This document shows, in pieces, positions 1-9,003 of a DNA stretch of 64,000 nucleotides. Under the pieces are notes generated by a model, which worked only from the letters and a program-made list of their open reading frames with translations, did not search any database and had not been told where the DNA came from. Made by a program: the position numbers and the translations under genes. This stretch comes from Vicinamibacteria bacterium. GTDB taxonomy: Bacteria > Acidobacteriota > Vicinamibacteria > Fen-336 > JAGNNV01. Positions within the stretch are counted from its first letter, which is position 1. Every line of letters starts with the position of its first letter. Where the stretch lies: NCBI GenBank assembly GCA_044229175.1, contig JBGATM010000009.1, forward strand, positions 71,700-135,699, given 5' to 3'.

Positions 1-3000
1 ATCGCCCCACAGCGTCTGGGAGGCCGAGCCGCTCTCGATCGTGGTTCGGCCCCACAGGACGCGACCGCCGTCGTGAATGAAGCCGACGCCGTCCACCAAC
101 TCGTTTGCGATCCCGATGTCCGAGAGGTCGACCGCGAGCTTCGTCCATTCGCCGGGTCGGGGGGCATCGCCCATGGCTCGGACATCGCGCGGCACGTAGG
201 GGAGCGCCGCATTGAGCAGATCCTTGCCCCAGCCCAGGAATCCGTCCGAGTGGCGGTAGAAGCTGTGAAGGAACCATTCGAGGCCGGGTCCGCTTCGAAA
301 TCGACCGACATCGAATGGCCCCCACGCCGCTACGTGGGTGAATCGTCCATCGGCCTTCACCGTGATGGCGAAATTGCGCGGCGGCGCCTTGGGATCGAGC
401 CACACCCATTGAACGACCCGGCTTCCTTTCGCGTGACGTCCCGCATCGGGAAGGTACTGGACACCGTGCAGCGAGGGTCCCGCCGGCAGGATTTCTCCAA
501 CGCCGTAGGAGTTCGCCTCGTCCCTCACCACGGTTTCGCCTTCCGACACCCTGGCGCGGCCATGAGGTCCGCTGGCCCCATTCTGCCAGTTCCATTTTCC
601 GAAGGTCAGCCCTCGCGTGGTCGCGGCCATGATGTATGTGCGCCCAGCCTGTCGGCGGACCCAGTGCTCCATCTCAGGCCAGATCCGCACGGCAGGTCCG
701 GGGTCGGTCGACCAGAGCACGGGCTTCAGTCCCTCGAGTTCTCCGCCCAGGCCTCGGAAGAGCGAGGCGTCTCCTGGCCCATGAGCGATCTGAAAGCCGC
801 GCGCGCCGCGCATGAGTTCAACGTAGACGTGGAAGCGCCATCGTTCGTAGGGCACGTCCTCATACATCTGCGGCCGCAGCCAGATCGCCTTCTCCTGTCC
901 CTTGATCAGAGGCATCAGGTCGGTGTGGAGATTCGCGGGATAGAGCGGCTCGGTCTCGGGATCGAAGATGTCGAAGAACGGCACGCGCTCGAACTCGAAA
1001 CGATTCCAGTAGCCGCCGTGCCCGACCATCACCGGCTTCCCGGTGGCCGCGCGAAGGGAATTCACCACGCTTTCAAGACCCGCGATCTGGGCGGGCGTCA
1101 CGGCATGGAAGAGGCCGAACGCCTCCTCGATGCCCGGTGCCACCGAGACCACCATGGGCGCGGTCTTCAGAAAGAGGAGATTCGCGTTCAGGGCCTCGGG
1201 GCCACCGGCGGCTTTCGCGAGCTCGCGGGTCGAATAGACGGCGCCGGGGGTTACGAAAGCGGTCGAAGCAAGCAGGTTGTCGCTGGCCCACCGCTTCTCG
1301 GCCTCGGCCCGGCTGGTGATCGAGCCGGCGACATATCTCGCCGAGTTGAAATCCGCGGTCGCGCGTGTGTATCCCTTCGCGGTGAAGCCGTCATAGATGG
1401 ACCAAGCGGGCAGGTTGGGCAGATCCCGATAAGGCGCGCCGCCGGCCTTCGCGCCGGCGTAGACGGGGACGTGGCCATACGCCGCGGCCCAGGGCAGAAA
1501 CGGCTCGTCGTTCACGCGAAGCAGATTGGCGCGGTCGATTCGCACCGAAGCGACACCGGCCTGCGCGCCCGCAGGAGCCTGTCGACAGAAGGGTTGCGAG
1601 TCTTTCGAGAAGATCGCCCGGCCTTCCCGGTCGATCGCGGTGGCGCGAACGAACCAGTTGCGCTCGGGCGAGGCGAAGGGCTGCACCGGAAGGCTCGAGA
1701 CGTCGAGCTCGGCCAGGATGAGGTTGGTGAAGTCCTCGCGCAGGTCCAGAGGGATGCGCTCCCGCTGCGCCGTCACTTCCTCGAGGCCGGCCGCGACGGT
1801 CCGCGACTTCAAGATGGCGCCGGAGCCCCGTCGGATGAGGTCGAGGCGGACCGAGGCGACTCGCGCCATGGTCGCGGCCGAAAACCCCAGATTCAACCGC
1901 ACGAACTGCTTCCGCTCCGGCGCCAGGTACAAAGCCCCCAGTTCCAGGTCGATCGGCGTGCTCCACGTGCTGAACCACAACTCGCTCGCGGCGAGCGTTC
2001 TTCCCGCCTGATCCACCAGACTCACTTCACCCTTGTGCTCGGAGTAGGCGGGCAGAAGCGACGGGGGAAGCTCGTACGGAACCGTGACCGAGGCGCGTTC
2101 TCCCCCGGCGAAGGCTCGCGCGGGCGAGCGCGTCTCCCATTTGCGGCCGTCGAACGTGGTGAAGCGCCAGACGAGGGACAGGGTTCGCGCGACGCCCGGG
2201 TTCACGACCGTGGCCTTCATCCGATTGGCGCCGAAGAGGCGCTCGCCCGGATCGAGATCCTCGAGATAGGCCGTTCGCGGCGCCTCGGTCGCTGCTGCGA
2301 CGCGCTTCACTCCGCGGCTCTCAAGGTCGCCCGGCTTCGATTCGGGTTCGAACACACGCGCGTCGTCCCACCAGATCGTGCCCGTGGCGTTCGCCTGGGG
2401 CGTTTCCCCGGTGTCGCCGAGGGTGTAGCCGTTGACGCCGCGCGCGGCCAGCACCAGGCGAAGGGAGCGGATCGGCCGTCGCGGCCTGAAGACCTGCCTC
2501 AGCCGTCGCCACCCGTCGGTGCCGACGGAGACCGGCGCTTTGTGGATGAAGTTGAAGCCGTCGAGCCGCTCGCCGGTATCGCTCAGGCCGTCGATCTGCA
2601 GCATGTTGACCTGATCCGTCCTCACCCAGACGCTGACCTCGATCAGGCGCGGCTCGACCTGGTTGAGAGCGACGGGCGCGGAGGCGACCTGAACTTCGTC
2701 GCCCGACGGCACTACCATCTTCAGGCTGGCCGACCCGTCGTGCGGGATCAGGGTGTCGCGGGCCGCGAAACCGCGGTTTTCAAGAGGCCCGTTGTGCCAT
2801 GTGTTGAAGAGGTAATAGAGCGCGGGAGGAAAGTACCGGTACTTCTCCGGACGGTTCCACCCCACGGGCCAGCCCGCCGTGTCCTTCGACTCGAAACCGC
2901 CGTTTTGGAGGAGGTTCGGTGCGGCGGCCTCCGCGGCGGTGAGCTCCGCTCTCTCGATCTCGATCCGGCCCGAAGCGCCGGCGTAACGAACCGCGACACT

Positions 3001-3702
3001 GGCGACGCCGGGCAGGGCGGCGCCGTTTCGCGCGGCTTCCGCCTTCTCCTTCGGGTCCTTCGCCGCCGCTTCCTGCGCGGCTTTCAGCCACTGCGCCGCG
3101 GGCAGCCGGAGCTCAACCCATTGCCAGACGAAAGTCCCTGACGGCAGCGAGGCCGACACGGAGGTCGTAAGCGGCACCGGCGCGCCCATGGGATCGTCGG
3201 CGGCGATCGGACCGGGCGGCGCCCATCCAAGCTCGAGATGCGCGCCGTCCTTCGGGACGTCTTCCCCGCGGACCCGTACCCGCAGGGTGAGGTCACGGAC
3301 GAGAGCAAGCGGATCGAGGCTTCGCTGCAGAGCCGGGGCCGGGAATCCGCCGGCGTCGGGGAAGCCGTCCCGTCGCCGGTCATCATGGACGGTGATCCAG
3401 TTGACCCGCTGCGCCGCTTCCGAGCGCGGACCTTCGAGGAAGAAGCGTCTTGAACCGCGCGGCCCGTCGGCATTCACCCATTTCCAGCTGCCCGAGAGGA
3501 CCCAGGTATCGGGGTTGTAGTCCCGACGGTTCTGAAATCCCGTCGAGTAGCACCAGTGATGGTTCTGGTTCTCCGGCAGCAGGGTGAGCCAGTCGTCCTG
3601 GAAGTTCCCGTTGCGCAGCAGGTTGGCCTCCGCCGCCGGCATCCCCAATAACAACGGGACGGCAAGGGCCAGGGCCACGGGTCGGAAGAGGGCCGAGGGC
3701 AC
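1..3702 (-). CDS. Large secreted protein (partial, runs off window start). Signal peptide, then two CBM4/9-like modules (NLLxNGxF...W) and a putative glycoside-hydrolase-like catalytic region. Likely GTG start at 3702.
   Basis: Manual reverse-strand translation gives a continuous, strongly GC3-biased frame from GTG 3702 / ATG 3642 to position 1 with no stop. The N-terminus VPSALFRPVALALAVPLLLGMPAAEA is signal-peptide-like. Two NLL(R/Q)NG(N/G)F...W motifs are typical of CBM_4_9. It is absent from the ORF track only because the stop lies off-window. The + strand ORF 73-3141 is its Arg-rich antisense shadow. Confidence 0.55.
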   Translation of the reverse strand, partial: MPSALFRPVALALAVPLLLGMPAAEANLLRNGNFQDDWLTLLPENQNHHWCYSTGFQNRRDYNPDTWVLSGSWKWVNADGPRGSRRFFLEGPRSEAAQRVNWITVHDDRRRDGFPDAGGFPAPALQRSLDPLALVRDLTLRVRVRGEDVPKDGAHLELGWAPPGPIAADDPMGAPVPLTTSVSASLPSGTFVWQWVELRLPAAQWLKAAQEAAAKDPKEKAEAARNGAALPGVASVAVRYAGASGRIEIERAELTAAEAAAPNLLQNGGFESKDTAGWPVGWNRPEKYRYFPPALYYLFNTWHNGPLENRGFAARDTLIPHDGSASLKMVVPSGDEVQVASAPVALNQVEPRLIEVSVWVRTDQVNMLQIDGLSDTGERLDGFNFIHKAPVSVGTDGWRRLRQVFRPRRPIRSLRLVLAARGVNGYTLGDTGETPQANATGTIWWDDARVFEPESKPGDLESRGVKRVAAATEAPRTAYLEDLDPGERLFGANRMKATVVNPGVARTLSLVWRFTTFDGRKWETRSPARAFAGGERASVTVPYELPPSLLPAYSEHKGEVSLVDQAGRTLAASELWFSTWSTPIDLELGALYLAPERKQFVRLNLGFSAATMARVASVRLDLIRRGSGAILKSRTVAAGLEEVTAQRERIPLDLREDFTNLILAELDVSSLPVQPFASPERNWFVRATAIDREGRAIFSKDSQPFCRQAPAGAQAGVASVRIDRANLLRVNDEPFLPWAAAYGHVPVYAGAKAGGAPYRDLPNLPAWSIYDGFTAKGYTRATADFNSARYVAGSITSRAEAEKRWASDNLLASTAFVTPGAVYSTRELAKAAGGPEALNANLLFLKTAPMVVSVAPGIEEAFGLFHAVTPAQIAGLESVVNSLRAATGKPVMVGHGGYWNRFEFERVPFFDIFDPETEPLYPANLHTDLMPLIKGQEKAIWLRPQMYEDVPYERWRFHVYVELMRGARGFQIAHGPGDASLFRGLGGELEGLKPVLWSTDPGPAVRIWPEMEHWVRRQAGRTYIMAATTRGLTFGKWNWQNGASGPHGRARVSEGETVVRDEANSYGVGEILPAGPSLHGVQYLPDAGRHAKGSRVVQWVWLDPKAPPRNFAITVKADGRFTHVAAWGPFDVGRFRSGPGLEWFLHSFYRHSDGFLGWGKDLLNAALPYVPRDVRAMGDAPRPGEWTKLAVDLSDIGIANELVDGVGFIHDGGRVLWGRTTIESGSASQTLWGD

Positions 3703-3745
3703 CAGGCGATGTTATTCCCCGGCCAGCGCACAATTTTCTTGCCGA

Positions 3746-3761
3746 CATGACAGCGGTCATG
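3746..3761. promoter_or_regulatory. Palindrome CATGAC-agcg-GTCATG in the divergent intergenic region upstream of the nos/bc operon. Candidate CRP/FNR-family (DNR/NnrR-like) binding site.
   Basis: Perfect 6-bp inverted repeat with a 4-bp spacer (core TGAC-N4-GTCA, one mismatch per half-site from the FNR consensus TGAT-N4-ATCA). Lies about 135 bp upstream of ATG 3894. Confidence 0.3.
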
Positions 3762-3893
3762 AGCGGAGCCCGAATGGCTCGTCACAATCCGTCTCGAAAT
3801 GATGCAAATGGCTCTTTCCGAGGGTCTTGAGGCGCTGCCAAGCTGGGCGGGTCGTCGATACCCGATGACCATCGGGCGGAGGAGTGTCTTTCC

Positions 3894-5846
3894 ATGACGA
3901 CTCTCAAGGTTCGCCTGCCGGATCTCGAACACTGGAAGGGCCAGGTCAAGTGCCAGTCCGGTTGCCCGGTCGGCACGGATGCCGGTCGTTACGTGCAGCT
4001 CATCGCCGAGGGCCGCGACCAGGAGGCGTATCTCACCGCGCGCGCGCCGAATCCTTTCGCGTCGGTCTGCGGGCGGGTCTGCGCCGCGCCCTGCGAAGAC
4101 GCGTGCCGGCGTGGGACCATCGACGCCCCCATCGCCATCCGTTCTCTGAAGCGCTACGTCACCGAGCGCTATGGCGCCGAGTCGATCCGTCCCGACACCC
4201 AGGACCTCCTGCGCGACACCCTTATCGGGGAAGGCAACCGATTCCCTGGCCATCTGCCCACCGCACCGGTGAGTGCGCTGCCCAATGCCGCCAAAGGCCG
4301 GAAGGTCGCAGTGATCGGCGCCGGCCCCGCGGGCCTCGCCGCCGCGCACGACCTCGCCCTCCTCGGCTACGACGTGACCGTGCTCGAGGCTTCGGAAGAG
4401 CCGGGCGGCATGATGCGGTTCGGCATTCCCGAGTACCGGTTGCCTCGAACCCTGATCCGTCAGGAGATCGACAAGATCCTGTCTCTCGGCGTCACCCTGC
4501 GCACCAAGGCGCCTCTGACCCCGACCTTCGGCCTCAAGGAACTCCGGGCCCAGGGCTTCGAAGCCTTCTTCATCTCGGTCGGTGTGTCCCGCGGTCGCGA
4601 ACTGTCCGCTCCCGGCGTCGAGCTCGATGGCGTCGTGAAGGCGGTCGACTACCTCCTCAACGTCAATCGCGGGTATCGCCTTCCCCTCGGACGAAAGGTG
4701 GTGGTGATCGGCGGCGGATTCGTCGCCTTCGACGCCGCCCGCACCGCGCTTCGTCTGGGTCGCGAGACCGCGGAGCAGGAACTCGACACCCTGGTTTCCG
4801 AGTCCGAGGCGCGTGCGAAGGAAGCGATCGACTCGGCCCGCGCCGCGATCCGCGGAGGCGCCTCCGAAGTGACCATCGTCTCCCTCGAGCGATTCGAGGA
4901 GATGCCGGTTCTCCGCACCACCCAGGGGCACGAGGAGTTCGAGGAGACCAAGCACGAGGGTGTGGCCTTCCTTCCCGGCCGCGGCCCCAAGCGATTCCTC
5001 GGCGAGTCCAGGCTGCAGGCGATCGAACTTCGCGCCGTCCGCTCGGTCTTCGATGCGAATGGCCGTTTCGCGCCGGTCTACGACGACGACGACGTCCTCA
5101 CCATCGAAGCCGATTCCTGCATCCTCGCCATCGGCCAGCAGACGGACCTGAGCTTCCTCAAGCCCGAGGACGGGGTCGAGGTCCTGCGCAGCGGCTCGGT
5201 GAAGATCGATGCCACCACCCTCGCCACCACCGCTCCCGGGGTCTACGCGGGCGGCGACGTGGCGTTCGGTCCGCGAAATCTCATCGAGGCGGTCGCGAAC
5301 GGCAAGCGCGCGGCGCGGTCCATCCACGAACACTTCTCACACGAGGGCGCGCGCATCGAGCGCACTCTCGCCATCGAGGTCCTGCCCACCGCCCAGTACC
5401 GGATGAGCGCGGGTTTCGAAATCCTCGACCGCAAGGCCGCTCCGACACTCGATGTCGGTCGCCGGACCGGAATCGCCGAAGTCGAGACCGGCTACGACGC
5501 GAAGGAAGCGCGCACCCAGGCGTCGCGATGCCTGGTTTGCCACGTGCAGACCATCTACGACCCGGAGAAGTGCATTCTCTGCTCGCGCTGCGTCGACGTG
5601 TGTCCCGAGTTCTGCCTCGCCATCGTACCGGTCGAGAGCCTGGACCTTCCCGAGGCGGCGCGCGACGAACTCATGGAACGCGCCCAGGCGAACGGCCTGC
5701 CTCTGGCGGCCATGGTGAAGGACGACGACCGCTGCATCCGCTGCGGCCTGTGCGCCATCCGCTGTCCCACCGACGCCATGACCATGGAGAAATTTCAGAT
5801 CACCGAGCGATACGCGCCCGCTCAAGTGGAAGAGAAGAGGAGCTGA
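3894..5846 (+). CDS. GltD-family (glutamate synthase small-subunit-like) FAD/NAD(P)-binding iron-sulfur oxidoreductase with a C-terminal 2x[4Fe-4S] ferredoxin domain.
   Basis: The N-terminal Cys cluster VCGRVCAAPCEDAC matches the GltD [4Fe-4S] region. The Rossmann motif VAVIGAGPAGLAAAHDL is present. A second motif is VVVIGGGFVAFD. The C-terminal VYAGGDVAFGPRNLIEAVANGKRAA matches the GltD FAD site. C-terminal CILCSRCVDVCP and CIRCGLCAIRCP are ferredoxin motifs. There is a 2-bp gap to the Rieske gene. Confidence 0.8.
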   Translation: MTTLKVRLPDLEHWKGQVKCQSGCPVGTDAGRYVQLIAEGRDQEAYLTARAPNPFASVCGRVCAAPCEDACRRGTIDAPIAIRSLKRYVTERYGAESIRPDTQDLLRDTLIGEGNRFPGHLPTAPVSALPNAAKGRKVAVIGAGPAGLAAAHDLALLGYDVTVLEASEEPGGMMRFGIPEYRLPRTLIRQEIDKILSLGVTLRTKAPLTPTFGLKELRAQGFEAFFISVGVSRGRELSAPGVELDGVVKAVDYLLNVNRGYRLPLGRKVVVIGGGFVAFDAARTALRLGRETAEQELDTLVSESEARAKEAIDSARAAIRGGASEVTIVSLERFEEMPVLRTTQGHEEFEETKHEGVAFLPGRGPKRFLGESRLQAIELRAVRSVFDANGRFAPVYDDDDVLTIEADSCILAIGQQTDLSFLKPEDGVEVLRSGSVKIDATTLATTAPGVYAGGDVAFGPRNLIEAVANGKRAARSIHEHFSHEGARIERTLAIEVLPTAQYRMSAGFEILDRKAAPTLDVGRRTGIAEVETGYDAKEARTQASRCLVCHVQTIYDPEKCILCSRCVDVCPEFCLAIVPVESLDLPEAARDELMERAQANGLPLAAMVKDDDRCIRCGLCAIRCPTDAMTMEKFQITERYAPAQVEEKRS

Positions 5847-5848
5847 GG

Positions 5849-6355
5849 ATGGCCGAACCCAACAATCGCCGCGACTTCATGATGAAAGCCGGACTCGGCG
5901 CCGGGGTTTGCGGCCTCGGCCTGCAGGCGGCGGCTTCCCTGAGGTCGCTGGTCCCCAACGTGTCGTACGACGCCCCCACCACGGTCAAGATCGGGATGCC
6001 CACCGATTTTCCGGACGGCCTCAAGTTCCTGCCCGACCAGCGTCTGTTCGTCTTCCGCGAAGGCAAGACCTTCCACGCCATCTCCGCGGTGTGCACGCAT
6101 CTCGGTTGCACGGTGCGCGCCGAGGCCATGTCCCAGCCCGAGACGAAGGAAGTCGATGGCGTGAAGATGCGGCTCACTCATCGCTTCCTCTGCCCTTGTC
6201 ATGGCTCCCGCTATGAAGGCGACGGCAAGGCGGTGGCCGGCCCCGCGCCCCGCGCGCTGGCCTGGTACCACCTTTCCATCTCCGTCGATGACGGCTCGCT
6301 CGTGGTCGATCTCGCCCAGGAAGTGGCGCGCGACTTCCGACTCACTCTCGCCTGA
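5849..6355 (+). CDS. Rieske [2Fe-2S] iron-sulfur protein with Tat-type signal.
   Basis: Twin-arginine motif NRRDFMMKAGLG. Rieske boxes CTHLGC and CPCHGS. Confidence 0.85.
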   Translation: MAEPNNRRDFMMKAGLGAGVCGLGLQAAASLRSLVPNVSYDAPTTVKIGMPTDFPDGLKFLPDQRLFVFREGKTFHAISAVCTHLGCTVRAEAMSQPETKEVDGVKMRLTHRFLCPCHGSRYEGDGKAVAGPAPRALAWYHLSISVDDGSLVVDLAQEVARDFRLTLA

Positions 6356-6366
6356 GGACAAGACCG

Positions 6367-7722
6367 ATGGCCTTTCCCTTCCTCTCCTTCCTCAAGCGGT
6401 CCGGGGCACCGGAGGCTCCGGGCGTTCACCCGCAGCCTTTCTGGAGCTTCCGGCCGCGCTCCGACCGTGAGTCGGGCGATGCCATCGTCTCCAACTTCGC
6501 CCTGCACATGTTCCCGGCCAAGGTCTCCCGCGCGTCTCTCGCGTGGAAGTACTCGTTCTGGCTGGGCACCGGGTCGGCCGCCCTCTTTCTCCTCCTGATT
6601 CTTTCGGGCGGGCCGCTCCTGTTCCTGTATGTGCCCTCGGTCGAGCGCGCCTACGCGTCCATCAAGGACATCGAATACGTGGTGACCTTCGGTTCGTGGC
6701 TGCGCTCCGTCCACCGCGTGGGCGCCCATCTGATGGTGGTCGTGGTGGCGCTCCATCTCGTCCGGGTGTTCCTCACCGGTGCTTACAAGAACGGCGTGGG
6801 GCAGGGACAGAAGCGCGAGTGGAACTGGGTGATCGGCGTGTTCATGCTGCTCTTCACCCTCCTCCTGTCCTTCACGGGTTACCTGCTGCCCTGGGATCAG
6901 CTCGCGTTCTGGGCGGTCACCGTGGGTACCAACATCGCGGCGTCCATTCCGTTCATCGGACCGCAGGTGCGCGAGCTCCTGATCGGCGGCCGCGCGATCG
7001 ACCAGCCCACCCTGATCCGGTTCTACGTGCTGCATATCGTGGTTCTCCCCATCGCGGTGGGCGCGTTGTTCGCCTACCACATGTGGAGAGTGCGCAAGGA
7101 CGGCGGTCTCGCCGCGGTGGACAAGGAAGCCAGAGAGAACGAACTTCAGGAAGCCCCGGCGAGTTCCACCAAGACCTACACCCTCCTCGGCATCGCCCGC
7201 GGCACGTCTCCGGTCATCAAGGCGACCTCCATCAGCCGGCTGGACAAGATGGTGAATGCGGTTCCCGATCTCGTGCGCCGGGCCAATCTGGTGACCCTCG
7301 CGACCATCGCCATCATCTCGATCCTCGCCACCTTCGTGCGCTCGCCCCTCGAGGAGCCCGCGAATCCGCTGGTGACGCCCAATCCGGCCAAGGCCCCGTG
7401 GTACTTCCTTTGGCTGCAGGAGATCGTCACCGACACCACGATCAAGATCGGCTCGTTCACGGTCAACGGCGCGTTCGTGGGCGGCGTGGTCCTGCCCGGC
7501 GCCCTGGTCACGCTGCTGATCCTGTGGCCGTGGCTCGATCGCAGTCCCAAGGAGGCGGCCGGCGTCTGGTTCGCCCGCGCCCGCCGCAGGCAGAACCTCG
7601 TCTTCATCCTGCTCTGCGCCTTTGTCCTGGCTCTGACCTTCGTGGGCACGGTGATGCGCGGTCCGTACTGGCACATCTACTGGCCCTGGGAAGCCTGGCC
7701 CGACATTCCGGGACGGCTCTAG
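6367..7722 (+). CDS. Cytochrome b (bc-complex quinol oxidase subunit).
   Basis: Multi-TM protein with conserved His-containing helices (SVHRVGAHLMVV, FYVLHIVVLPI) and the PWDQ-like motif LPWDQLAFWA typical of cytochrome b/b6. Confidence 0.85.
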   Translation: MAFPFLSFLKRSGAPEAPGVHPQPFWSFRPRSDRESGDAIVSNFALHMFPAKVSRASLAWKYSFWLGTGSAALFLLLILSGGPLLFLYVPSVERAYASIKDIEYVVTFGSWLRSVHRVGAHLMVVVVALHLVRVFLTGAYKNGVGQGQKREWNWVIGVFMLLFTLLLSFTGYLLPWDQLAFWAVTVGTNIAASIPFIGPQVRELLIGGRAIDQPTLIRFYVLHIVVLPIAVGALFAYHMWRVRKDGGLAAVDKEARENELQEAPASSTKTYTLLGIARGTSPVIKATSISRLDKMVNAVPDLVRRANLVTLATIAIISILATFVRSPLEEPANPLVTPNPAKAPWYFLWLQEIVTDTTIKIGSFTVNGAFVGGVVLPGALVTLLILWPWLDRSPKEAAGVWFARARRRQNLVFILLCAFVLALTFVGTVMRGPYWHIYWPWEAWPDIPGRL

Positions 7723-7731
7723 GAGGAAGCC

Positions 7732-8979
7732 ATGGAGAAGCGAACCAATTCCCCCTATCCCCGGATCGACCAGCCCGTGCTGGCCGTGGTCGGCGTCCTG
7801 CTCGTCATCTCCACCGTTCTCTTCGCGCGTAACGACCGCGAGCACGAGTGGCGCTGGTACCAGGCCGAGTTCAAGCGCCTGGTCTCCGAGAAATTCGGGC
7901 CGGACAAGGCCAAGACGGTCCCCACCGGGCTTCAGCAGATCTGGATTCCCAGCATGGCGAAAGCGGATCGCTGCGTGACCTGCCACCAGGCCCTCGGCTG
8001 GAAGGGTTTCGAGACCGCGGACGAGCCCTTCCGCACGCATCCCGCGGAGATCCTCAAGAGCCATCCCCCCGAGACCTTCGGCTGCACCTCCTGCCATGGC
8101 GGCCAGGGCTGGGCCATCGACGCGGGCCCCGCGCACGGGCCCATCGAGCACTGGAACGAGCCGCTCCTCGGCAAGCAGCTCGGCTCGGAGTACTCCCTGG
8201 TGGATAACAAGGCCGCGCTCATGCAGATGAACTGCAACGTGTGCCACCGCTACGAGCGCGAGACCAAGGGCGCCGACGCCATCAATCACGCGAAGAAGCT
8301 GGTCCAGGAGAAGGGCTGCCGCGGCTGTCACGTGGTCAACGGGCGCGGCGGCACCATCGGGCCGGATCTCACGTACGTCGGCGACAAGGAAGCCGAGCAG
8401 TACGAGTACGGGCGCCTGTCCGGCCAGAAGACATCCTTCGCCTGGCACGTGGCGCACTTCAAGGACCCGCGGTCCCTGGTCACCGAGACGGTCATGCCCA
8501 ACTTCAACTTCGGCACCAAGGACGCCCAGGCCCTGGCCATGCTGGTCCTGTCGTGGAAGAAGTCGCCGGTTCCCGCCGCCTTCATCCCCGGGGTACCGCA
8601 TTCCGAGCCGCAGACCGAGCAGGAGAAGGCCGACGAGGAGCGCATGAAGACGGGCCCGGGCGGGTGGTTCGTCAAGACCGGCTGCTTCGTATGCCACTCC
8701 ATCTCCGCACTGGGAGTGAAGAGCCCGGCTCAGATCGGGCCCGATCTCTCGACCGCGGTCGAAGACGTGCAGTCGCGGTTCGGACGGACGCTCGACGACT
8801 TCCTTCGCGAACCCACGGGCACCATGTCCGTGGTCCTTTCCCGCCAGATCATCCTCACGCCGGAGGAGAAGGCGGTGGCGATCTCGAAACTCCGCGAAGC
8901 CTACGCGGAGCACGAGAAGCAGAAGGCAACCGCGGCGAAAGCGGACAAACAGGCGGCTCCAGTGGCGGCCCGCCACTAA
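7732..8979 (+). CDS. Membrane-anchored pentaheme c-type cytochrome.
   Basis: N-terminal TM anchor. Five CxxCH motifs: CVTCH, CTSCH, CNVCH, CRGCH, CFVCH. Confidence 0.8.
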   Translation: MEKRTNSPYPRIDQPVLAVVGVLLVISTVLFARNDREHEWRWYQAEFKRLVSEKFGPDKAKTVPTGLQQIWIPSMAKADRCVTCHQALGWKGFETADEPFRTHPAEILKSHPPETFGCTSCHGGQGWAIDAGPAHGPIEHWNEPLLGKQLGSEYSLVDNKAALMQMNCNVCHRYERETKGADAINHAKKLVQEKGCRGCHVVNGRGGTIGPDLTYVGDKEAEQYEYGRLSGQKTSFAWHVAHFKDPRSLVTETVMPNFNFGTKDAQALAMLVLSWKKSPVPAAFIPGVPHSEPQTEQEKADEERMKTGPGGWFVKTGCFVCHSISALGVKSPAQIGPDLSTAVEDVQSRFGRTLDDFLREPTGTMSVVLSRQIILTPEEKAVAISKLREAYAEHEKQKATAAKADKQAAPVAARH

Positions 8980-9003
8980 ATCAAAAAGGTGAGGAAAAGA
9001 AAC

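Noticed and set aside
73-3141. 1022-aa + strand ORF
   Set aside because: Arg/Gly-rich with no motifs and poor GC3. It is the antisense shadow of the GC3-biased - strand secreted-protein gene.
3474-5333. 619-aa - strand ORF
   Set aside because: Antisense to the well-supported GltD-like oxidoreductase gene. Low-complexity Arg/Gly composition.
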